64,000 bases of DNA from Verrucomicrobiaceae bacterium. Lineage in GTDB: Bacteria > Verrucomicrobiota > Verrucomicrobiia > Verrucomicrobiales > Verrucomicrobiaceae. Of the stretch, positions 8,872 through 16,478 are shown piece after piece. The stretch is taken from positions 57,976 to 121,975 of the forward strand of contig JAIXZA010000053.1 of NCBI GenBank assembly GCA_027489965.1, read 5' to 3'. A program made the translations under genes and the position numbers. Each line of letters starts with the position of its first letter. The stretch's first letter is position 1. The notes below the pieces were generated by a model. It ran no database searches, was not told where the DNA came from, and was given only the letters and a program-made list of their open reading frames with translations.

Positions 8872-8907
8872 GCAGCCCATCGAGCGCCTCAGCGCTTGAA
8901 AACAATT

Positions 8908-8947
8908 ACCGCCGTCATCTGAATCTCAGGTGGCGGCGGTTTTGTTT
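8908..8947. terminator. Rho-independent terminator between the Cys-rich peptide gene and convergent nadA
   Basis: ACCGCCGTCATCTGA-atc-TCAGGTGGCGGCGGT stem followed by TTTGTTT. Confidence 0.85.
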
Positions 8948-8963
8948 AGTATCTATGCAGAAT

Positions 8964-9905
8964 CTACCGACTTAGCTCCAGCATTCTTAAAATCGGCTTT
9001 TCAGCACGGGCACGCAGATCTTCTGGCATCTCCACCTGCGGCGTCAGATCTCTGAGTGCATCGCGCAGCTTTTGCAGGGTATTCAGCTTCATGTAACGGC
9101 AGTCCGCGCAGGCGCAGTGACCCGTCGGACCTGGGATGAATCGCTTGTTTGGCACCTCCCGCTCCAGTCGATGCAGCATTCCGCTTTCCGTCACGATGAT
9201 GAAGGTGTTTGAGTCGCTGTTTTTGCAATAACCCACCATCTTTTCGGTCGAACAAACTTCATCTGCCAACATCCGCACCGCATAAGTGCACTCTGGATGA
9301 GCCACGACTTTTGCATCAGGATACTCGTCTTTAATCGCCTGAATGCTATCACGGGTGAACTCCACATGGACATAGCAAGAGCCCTTCCAAAGATCCATCT
9401 TGCGGCCTGTCTGCTCCATCACCCATGAACCCAGATTCTGATCCGGCACAAAAAGGATCGGACGATCTTTCGGGGCGGCTTCCACGATTTTGACCGCATT
9501 GCCACTCGTGCAGATGCAGTCGCTTAGCGCCTTCACATGACCGCTGCAATTGATGTAAGCGATCACATAATAATTCTTCTCTGCATTCGCCTTCAGGAAA
9601 GACTCCAGCTGCGGCCCAGGGCAGCTTTGCTCCAAGGAACAACCCGCGTCCCGATCTGGCAAAATCACCGTCTTCGTCGGATTGACGATTTTTGCTGTTT
9701 CCGCCATGAAATGCACACCGCAAAAAGCAATCACATCCGCATTCGTCTCTTTGGCTTTGTAAGCCAGCCCCAGAGAATCCCCCACAAAGTCAGCGATTTC
9801 CTGAATGTCCCGAGTTTGGTAGTTGTGCGCGAGAATGAGAGCATTGCGCTCCTGTTTCAGGCGGCGGATATCTTCAATAAGGCTGGGTGTGGCGGTTGCG
9901 ACCAT
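8964..9905 (-). CDS. nadA: Quinolinate synthase A
   Basis: ILAHNYQ, DFVGDSL, FCGVHFMAETAK, AGCSL, YINCS, CYVH, AHPEC, and the C-terminal C..MKLNTL motif. Confidence 0.97.
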   Translation of the reverse strand: MVATATPSLIEDIRRLKQERNALILAHNYQTRDIQEIADFVGDSLGLAYKAKETNADVIAFCGVHFMAETAKIVNPTKTVILPDRDAGCSLEQSCPGPQLESFLKANAEKNYYVIAYINCSGHVKALSDCICTSGNAVKIVEAAPKDRPILFVPDQNLGSWVMEQTGRKMDLWKGSCYVHVEFTRDSIQAIKDEYPDAKVVAHPECTYAVRMLADEVCSTEKMVGYCKNSDSNTFIIVTESGMLHRLEREVPNKRFIPGPTGHCACADCRYMKLNTLQKLRDALRDLTPQVEMPEDLRARAEKPILRMLELSR

Positions 9906-10027
9906 CGGGAAGCTTTAGCGGAGAGTTGCGCCCCCTCAAGAGACAATACGCTGCACATTTTATCACTTGTCGATGAACAACCCTGCCCTGACTCTCGTCT
10001 GAATCACGGTCCGCACTTTAAATCAAT

Positions 10028-12598
10028 ATGAAAACAAGCCACTACCTCCAGCTCGCGAGCGCCTTAGCCCTAGGCCTATCCGCTTGTAAACCAGCTGCCA
10101 ATACTGCCGCTGATGATGAAGCACGTCGGCAGATGGAGGCAACTCGTGCTGCATATGAGAAGCAGGCTGCCGACATGCAAAGCCGTAGTGAAGCCCTGCA
10201 AAAGCAGCTCGCCGACTTGGAGCTCAGCATCAAGGACAAGGAAAATGCGGACCTCAGGGCAAAGCTGGATGCGATTGCTGCTGAAAACCAAAAACTCATG
10301 ACCGATGCAGCCTCGGCACGCAAAAAAAGTGAAGACCTGCGCGATCAACTGGCCAACAACCGCTACACGCCACCCGCCGTCAGCCAGCCCTATCAGCCAC
10401 CTTACGTGCCGCCACAGATCTCGCCCTCTGTCCCCTCCCGTCCGTGGGTGGACCCGTCTGCCGACTACTCCATGTTTTATGATTCCCTCAATCCTCATGG
10501 GCGCTGGCTGAACGTGGATGGCTACGGCTACGCCTTCAGCCCCAGAATTGGTTCCCGTTCTTCATGGCGGCCTTACGTCGATGGACGCTGGGTCTCTACC
10601 GCTCAGGGTTGGGCTTGGGATTCCAACGAACCCTTTGGCTGGGCCTGCTATCACTACGGCCGCTGGACCCGCCTTGCCCGTCACGGATGGGTTTGGATTC
10701 CCGGTCGTCAATGGGCGCCCTCATGGGTTTCTTGGCGCTACGGTAGTGATTCCGTCGGCTGGGCTCCCCTGCCCCCTAGCGTCGGTTATGGCAGCATCGG
10801 CCACGATTGTGATGCCCGTTACGGCATTGCCCCCACCAGCTATACCTTCATCCGTGCGACTAATTTTGGACGTTCTAGCTACGTCAATGTAAGCCTCTCC
10901 ATCACCAACATCACCCAGATTTTCCATCAAACGATCAACGTCACCAACATCGTTCAAGTTCGCCAACAGCAGAATAATCTCTTCATCCAGCGTGGTGGCC
11001 CTGCCTTGGACTGGGTCGAAAAACGCTGCGGTGAACGCATCGAGCGGGCACCGATTCAAGTCGTCCACACCTTAGAGCGGCCAGGAGAACGCCGCCCCGG
11101 CCACAGCGATCATGGTTTCATCGCAGCCCCGTTGCCATCAGGACGCGCCAATCGCCCGACTGAACTCCCTCGCAATGCAGAACGTGTCATAGCACCGACC
11201 GTTGTCGATGCCTGGACTGAAGTGCCAGCCGATCAACGCGACGACCTACGTAAAGCCATCACTGAACAAGCCACCGAAGCTCAACCAAAGCCCGTTCTCG
11301 CCGTCACCGACCCGATCATTGTGGAACCAGTGCGTGAATCACCCGCACAGCCAACCATCCCAGCACCAACTGTGGCCGAATTGCCAGGTCGCGGCCCAGG
11401 CCGTAATCGCGGCAAAGGAGACGCCCCAGCCATGCCACAGTTAGAGATTGCTCAAGACGCGGCCAACAAAGCTGACCTAGCCCGCCGAGATGCAGAGCGC
11501 CAGATGCAAGAAGCTCAAGCAGAGCGCGAAAAGCAGCTAGCTGAACAAAAAGCTGCTGAAAGTGCCATGGTAGCCCAACAAGAAAATCTTGCCAAAAAGC
11601 AGGCCGAAGCCATCGCCATGCAGGAGCAGCTAGCCGAGCAAGCTAAGAAAGACGCTGCCATGCGTGAAAAGCAGGCCAGTGAGATGAGCGACAAAGAAGC
11701 CGCTGCACTCAAAGAAAAACAAGCCTCCGACATGGCGGCTCAACAGGAAGAGCTCGCCAAAAAGCAGGCTGAAGCTGTAGCCATGCAGCAGCAGATCGCC
11801 GAGCAGGAAAAAAAAGCCCTGGCCATGCGTGAAGAACAAGCCGCCATCATGAAGCAGCAAGAGGCCGAGGCAGAAAAGGCCAAGGAACTTGCAATGATGG
11901 CAGCCCAGCAAGAAGCCGAAGCCCGCAAACAAGCTGAAGCAGCTTCCATGGCACAGCAAGAAGCCGCCATGCAGGCCGATGCTCTGAAACAACAACAAAT
12001 GCAAACGGCGCAACAGGAAGCAGAACAACGTAAACTCGCCGAGATGGAAGCCGGCAAAGCCCGCGAAAATGCCATGGCAGCCCAACAAGCCGCTCAGGAA
12101 GAACAAGCACGCCGCCAAGCCGAAGCTGCAGCCATGGAAGCTCAACGCGAAGCCAACATGCAGGCCCAACAGGAAGCCGCCGAACGCCAGCGCCTAGCCG
12201 CCATGGAAGCTCAACGCGAAGCCGCGATGCAGGCGCAACAAGAAGCCGCCGAACGTCAGCGCCAAGCCGCCATGGAAGCTCAGCGTGAAGCTGCCATGCA
12301 AGCCCAACAAGAAGCAGCCGAACGCCAGCGCCTAGCCGCCATGGAAGCTCAACGTGAGGCCGCTATGCAGGCCCAACAGGAAGCCGCCGAACGTCAGCGC
12401 CAAGCCGCCATGGAAGCTCAACGTGAAGCTGCGATGCGTGCACAGCAGGAAGCTCAAGAAGCAATGCGCCAACAGCAACAAGAAGCTGCCCGTCGTGCCC
12501 AAGAAGAAGCCATGCGAGCCCAGCAAGAAGCTGCCCAGCGCGCTGCCGCCGAAGAAGCGGCACGACGCGCTGCCCAGCAGCCACCGCCAGGACAATAA
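10028..12598 (+). CDS. Lipoprotein with DUF6600-type Trp/Tyr-rich domain and long Ala/Gln/Glu helical tail
   Basis: Lipobox LSAC, N-terminal coiled coil, FYDSLNPHGRW..WRPYVDGRW..EPFGWACYHYGRW..WAPSWVSWR, and a C-terminal low-complexity helical repeat region. Confidence 0.85.
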   Translation: MKTSHYLQLASALALGLSACKPAANTAADDEARRQMEATRAAYEKQAADMQSRSEALQKQLADLELSIKDKENADLRAKLDAIAAENQKLMTDAASARKKSEDLRDQLANNRYTPPAVSQPYQPPYVPPQISPSVPSRPWVDPSADYSMFYDSLNPHGRWLNVDGYGYAFSPRIGSRSSWRPYVDGRWVSTAQGWAWDSNEPFGWACYHYGRWTRLARHGWVWIPGRQWAPSWVSWRYGSDSVGWAPLPPSVGYGSIGHDCDARYGIAPTSYTFIRATNFGRSSYVNVSLSITNITQIFHQTINVTNIVQVRQQQNNLFIQRGGPALDWVEKRCGERIERAPIQVVHTLERPGERRPGHSDHGFIAAPLPSGRANRPTELPRNAERVIAPTVVDAWTEVPADQRDDLRKAITEQATEAQPKPVLAVTDPIIVEPVRESPAQPTIPAPTVAELPGRGPGRNRGKGDAPAMPQLEIAQDAANKADLARRDAERQMQEAQAEREKQLAEQKAAESAMVAQQENLAKKQAEAIAMQEQLAEQAKKDAAMREKQASEMSDKEAAALKEKQASDMAAQQEELAKKQAEAVAMQQQIAEQEKKALAMREEQAAIMKQQEAEAEKAKELAMMAAQQEAEARKQAEAASMAQQEAAMQADALKQQQMQTAQQEAEQRKLAEMEAGKARENAMAAQQAAQEEQARRQAEAAAMEAQREANMQAQQEAAERQRLAAMEAQREAAMQAQQEAAERQRQAAMEAQREAAMQAQQEAAERQRLAAMEAQREAAMQAQQEAAERQRQAAMEAQREAAMRAQQEAQEAMRQQQQEAARRAQEEAMRAQQEAAQRAAAEEAARRAAQQPPPGQ
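12128..12457 (+). repeat. In-frame 69-bp tandem repeat (23 aa; 4 full copies plus a partial fifth)
   Basis: Unit AA(M)EAQREAAMQAQQEAAERQR[L/Q] starts at 12128, 12197, 12266, 12335 and 12404. The last residue alternates L,Q,L,Q. Confidence 0.95.
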
Positions 12599-12631
12599 CC
12601 GCCCCTAATTGCACAGGTGAGGCGCATTCCT

Positions 12632-12661
12632 CTGAGTTGCCCAAGCATCAGGGTAACTCAG
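12632..12661 (+). other. Intergenic hairpin without U-tract
   Basis: CTGAGTTGCCC-aagcatca-GGGTAACTCAG, 12 bp upstream of the next ATG. Confidence 0.5.
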
Positions 12662-12673
12662 ACTTGACTCATC

Positions 12674-13129
12674 ATGCGCTTTCTCTTTCTTTTAACAGTG
12701 ACAGTCCTTTCGGCCTGTACTTCTAGTGAATCAGAGAGCGAGACACGACCCACGGGCCGAAATGTCCTCGACGACACAACTTTAAAATCAGCTGCTTCGG
12801 GGAACATCAGTTTCACCGAGCATGTGAAGCCCATTCTTGAGGCCAAGTGCGCCATGTGTCACAACCAAAACGGGCTTCCTGGTCGCCTCGGTTTCGCCAG
12901 CCGAGAAGCAGCCGTCAAAACTGGCACTCTCGGTATCTTCATCGTTCCTGGACATCCCGAAAGTAGCAGGCTCCTCACGCATCTAACCAGCGCTCATTCT
13001 TCCGTGAATGCCATGCCTCCTGTCGGTGAAACACTGACTTCAGAAGAAACAGCTCTTTTGAGTCGCTGGATCAGCCAAGGTGCCATTTGGCCAGCCGGAG
13101 AGGCTGGCAAGCTGATCACAGAACGCTGA
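12674..13129 (+). CDS. Planctomycete-type cytochrome c lipoprotein (PSCyt1)
   Basis: Lipobox LSAC, ISFTEHVKPILEAKCAMCH, IVPGHPESSRL, AMPPVGETL, WISQGA. Confidence 0.85.
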   Translation: MRFLFLLTVTVLSACTSSESESETRPTGRNVLDDTTLKSAASGNISFTEHVKPILEAKCAMCHNQNGLPGRLGFASREAAVKTGTLGIFIVPGHPESSRLLTHLTSAHSSVNAMPPVGETLTSEETALLSRWISQGAIWPAGEAGKLITER

Positions 13130-13261
13130 TTATCGGCGCAAAGCAGACGTTATTGGATCGTGGAGACAATGATCGAGAGATGGTCGTGCATCACCACAAT
13201 CGCACTGATTTAATGCTGCATTCATCAGCCTAGACCCAAAGCCAGCGAAACTTCTTGAAAT

Positions 13262-13642
13262 AGGGACCCATTCCGCGCTCTTTGTCCGAGCACACGCGGT
13301 GCCACCGTGTTCCCCATGATGTTGCTGGGCTTTCATCAGACCGCCGTTGGGATCTATATTTTTATTGTTTATCTCTGGTCCACCTTCATTCATGCAAACA
13401 TCGGCTGGCGTCTCAAGTGGATGGAAAAGCTACTGGTCACACCGCGCTTCCACCACTGGCATCATGGCATCGAAAAGGAAGCCATCGATGTGAATTTCTC
13501 GATTCACTTTTCACTGCTCGACAAGATCTTTGGCACTTATCACATGCCCGAAGAACGCTGGCCTGAAGGTTACGGCATCGGTAGACATCCTGTTCCCAAA
13601 GGGTACCTTCAGCAATTGCTGCATCCGTTTCGGGAAAAGTGA
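13262..13642 (+). pseudogene. 5'-truncated sterol desaturase/fatty acid hydroxylase family gene
   Basis: Only the C-terminal half is present: FIHANI, TPRFHHWHH, NFSIHFSLLDKIFGT. In-frame stops upstream (13211-13, 13256-58) and no first His boxes. Confidence 0.7.
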
Positions 13643-13732
13643 GCTATGCCTGCGATGAACGCAGAATCTCCGTGCTCGAAGTTGCCATCTCATCAGAGAC
13701 AGCGAGAGTTCGGCGACTCACTATTCTTCTCT

Positions 13733-15313
13733 GTGTCTGCTCTTCTTCGCGTTCCTGCATCCATCCTTTGTGCCATCAGTCTAGCGGCCTGTGCACCCGA
13801 AAAACCGCGTGCAGATCTGATCTTCATCCAGAGTGCTGAACCAGAGACCATCGACCCTGCACTCGCTTCGGATCAGGTTTCGATGCGCATTGCGACCTCC
13901 CTTTTTGAAGGGCTCTGCCGTGTGACGGCTGAAGGCAAACCCGAGCCAGGCATGGCAGAGCGCTGGGACATTTCAGCGGATAAGAAAACCTACACCTTCC
14001 ATCTCCGCACAGGCACTGCCTGGACAGATGGCACGCCTGTTTCTGCTCAGGATTTCGTGGAATCTTGGCAGCGAGTCTTGACTCCCGAGACTGGCGCTGA
14101 CTACGCCAACCTCATGTTCATCATCCGAGGTGCTCGCGCATTCTCTGAAGGGCAAGAGAAGGACTTCTCTAAAGTGGGCGTCACAGCTCTGAATGAAAAA
14201 ACGCTACGGATCGAACTGGAAAACCCCACACCTTATTTTATCGACCTGTGTTCGTTTGTAACGCTTTCACCGGTTTCTCTAAAAAGCATTCGGCAACATA
14301 ACACAGCCTGGATCAAGCCACAGAACATCGTCACCAATGGTGCTTATCTTTTGGAAGACTGGAAGTTAGACGATCACATACGTTTGAAGAAAAACCCGCA
14401 CTATTGGGATGCCGCGAATGTGAAGATGCAGTCCGTCGAGGTGAAGCCTGTACAGGACGCCAATACAGCGCTGAGCTACTTTCACACCGGCCAATGCGAT
14501 CTCATGATGGACAAGGGCATGGTGCCGCCATCCCTGACTCAAAAGCTCAAACAACAGCCTTGGTTTCATACCGGACCATTTCTTGGCACTTGGTTCATCC
14601 GCATCAATGTCACGCGTCCACCGTTTAATGATCCGCGGGTCAGGCAGGCATTTGCTTTAGCTGTCGATAAGCGGCGGATCGTGGATAAAATCACCCAACT
14701 TGGCGAACCGGTGGCCAATAGCATGACGCCCCCTGGCGCTGGTCAAAATTACCAGCCACCCGCTGGGTTAACTTACGATATTAAAAAAGCGCGTGAGCTA
14801 CTGAGCGAAGCAGGCTTCCCCGGCGGCAAAGGCTTTCCCCGAATCGAGTATCTCTACATCCCCTTACCGATCGAGCGCAGCATCGCCATCGAGCTACAGA
14901 GCATGTGGCAGGAGACTCTTGGAGTGACCGTGAACCTGACCAAGCAAGAGCAAAAAGTCTGGCTGAAATCCATGCGCGAACTGGACTACCACCTCTGCCG
15001 CAGCAGTTGGGTAGGAGACTACAATGATCCCAGCACTTTCCTGGATCTCTTCACTCAGGGAAATGGTCAAAACCGCACCGGCTATGCCAGCAGCGCCTAT
15101 GATGAATTCATTGCCGCCGCTGCCTCAGAAGCTGACACTCAGCGCCGGAACGGTCTTTTTCAGCAAGCCGAGACTCTACTCACCACCACAGATGCGGCGG
15201 TCATTCCCGTGTATTTCTATGTCGGTGTGCAGTTCTATCACAGCGACCGCCTCAGCGGCGTACAGGGGAATCTCATCGATGACCACCCCTTCCGCTGCAT
15301 GAACTGGAAGTAA
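13733..15313 (+). CDS. oppA: Peptide ABC transporter substrate-binding lipoprotein (OppA-like)
   Basis: AEPETIDP, LFEGL, PGMAERWDIS, YTFHLR..W.DGTPV.A.DF, NGAYLLEDW, PPFNDPRVRQA, W.GDYNDP. GTG at 13733 gives lipobox LAAC (the ORF track starts at 13646). Confidence 0.9.
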   Translation: MSALLRVPASILCAISLAACAPEKPRADLIFIQSAEPETIDPALASDQVSMRIATSLFEGLCRVTAEGKPEPGMAERWDISADKKTYTFHLRTGTAWTDGTPVSAQDFVESWQRVLTPETGADYANLMFIIRGARAFSEGQEKDFSKVGVTALNEKTLRIELENPTPYFIDLCSFVTLSPVSLKSIRQHNTAWIKPQNIVTNGAYLLEDWKLDDHIRLKKNPHYWDAANVKMQSVEVKPVQDANTALSYFHTGQCDLMMDKGMVPPSLTQKLKQQPWFHTGPFLGTWFIRINVTRPPFNDPRVRQAFALAVDKRRIVDKITQLGEPVANSMTPPGAGQNYQPPAGLTYDIKKARELLSEAGFPGGKGFPRIEYLYIPLPIERSIAIELQSMWQETLGVTVNLTKQEQKVWLKSMRELDYHLCRSSWVGDYNDPSTFLDLFTQGNGQNRTGYASSAYDEFIAAAASEADTQRRNGLFQQAETLLTTTDAAVIPVYFYVGVQFYHSDRLSGVQGNLIDDHPFRCMNWK

Positions 15314-15327
15314 CAAGCTTGGCAGCT

Positions 15328-15355
15328 TTGACATTGCCTCATCCAACGCCACTCT
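15328..15355 (+). promoter_or_regulatory. Possible sigma70 promoter of gcvT
   Basis: Perfect -35 TTGACA, 16-bp spacer, weak -10 CACTCT. Confidence 0.3.
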
Positions 15356-15362
15356 GAAAGGC

Positions 15363-16472
15363 ATGTCAGACACTTCTCTTCTCCGCACTCCCTTATATGA
15401 AAGCCATGTCGCGATAGGCGGCAAAATCATCCCTTTTGCTGGTTGGGAGATGCCGGTGCAGTACACAGGCATCGTTCAGGAACATCAGGCCGTGCGGAAT
15501 GCTGTGGGTGTGTTTGACATCTCTCACATGGGGCAGTTCACCGTCAGCGGCAGTGGTGCATTGGCTTTCCTGAATCGTGCCCTGACCAATGATGTATCGA
15601 AGCTCGAAATCGGGCAGGGACAATACACGATCCTGCTGAATGAAAGGGGTGGTGTGATCGACGATCTCATCCTTTACCGCAGCAGCGCGGTGGAGTTCTT
15701 CTTGGTCGTCAATGCCAGCAAAATCAGCGAAGACTGGGCACAATTCCAAAACCTGCTCACGGAAGCCGATGAAGTGCAGATGGCAAACCTGAGTGACACG
15801 ACCGCAGGCCTTGCGATCCAGGGACCCAAAAGCCGCGCTGTCTTTGATCGTGTATTCGGTAGCCAGGCCACTTTTCCCTCCCATAACAGCCTTTTTATCT
15901 CCTCTAGCGGTGCTGGCTTGATGTGGCTATGCGGCACGGGGTACACGGGCGAAGAAGGCTTTGAGTTCTTCATGCCTGCGACCACGGCTACATCCTGGTG
16001 GGATAAAATCGTAGCTGCCGTCCGTGAAGAAGGTGGTCAGCCCTGTGGACTCGGAGCGCGCGATACTTTGCGTTTGGAAATGGGCTACCCACTCAATGGC
16101 AACGACCTTTTCCCAGACAAAACCCCACTTCAGGCCGGCCTGGGTTTCTTCGTGGCCATGGACAAAGGTGACTTCGTTGGCAAAGCAGCGCTTGAGGCAC
16201 AAAAGGCAGCCGGTCTGCCCAGCAAGCTGGCCGCTTTTAAAATGATCGGCAGCGCGCCACCACCACGCCCGCATTACCCTGTGGCTTTTCAGGATCAGAT
16301 CGTAGGCGAAGTGGCAAGTGGAACGCAGTCTCCGAGCCTCAGCACTGGGATTGGCATGGCTTATCTACCACTCGATGCAGCCAAAGAGGGAACGCAGATC
16401 GAGATCGAAATTCGCGGACGCAAATTCCTAGCCGAAGTGGTGAAAAAGCCCTTCTATCGGAAATCAGTCTAA
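15363..16472 (+). CDS. gcvT: Glycine cleavage system aminomethyltransferase T
   Basis: RTPLYESH, FAGWEMPVQY, FDISHMG, GTGYTGEEGFE, GLGARDTLRLEMG, VKKPFY. Confidence 0.97.
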   Translation: MSDTSLLRTPLYESHVAIGGKIIPFAGWEMPVQYTGIVQEHQAVRNAVGVFDISHMGQFTVSGSGALAFLNRALTNDVSKLEIGQGQYTILLNERGGVIDDLILYRSSAVEFFLVVNASKISEDWAQFQNLLTEADEVQMANLSDTTAGLAIQGPKSRAVFDRVFGSQATFPSHNSLFISSSGAGLMWLCGTGYTGEEGFEFFMPATTATSWWDKIVAAVREEGGQPCGLGARDTLRLEMGYPLNGNDLFPDKTPLQAGLGFFVAMDKGDFVGKAALEAQKAAGLPSKLAAFKMIGSAPPPRPHYPVAFQDQIVGEVASGTQSPSLSTGIGMAYLPLDAAKEGTQIEIEIRGRKFLAEVVKKPFYRKSV

Positions 16473-16478
16473 CTTTCT

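Noticed and set aside
12128-12457. Tandem repeats as a CRISPR array
   Set aside because: They are in-frame coding repeats without unique spacers, and no cas genes are present.
15314-15362. Glycine riboswitch upstream of gcvT
   Set aside because: The intergenic gap is only ~50 bp and lacks the aptamer motifs.
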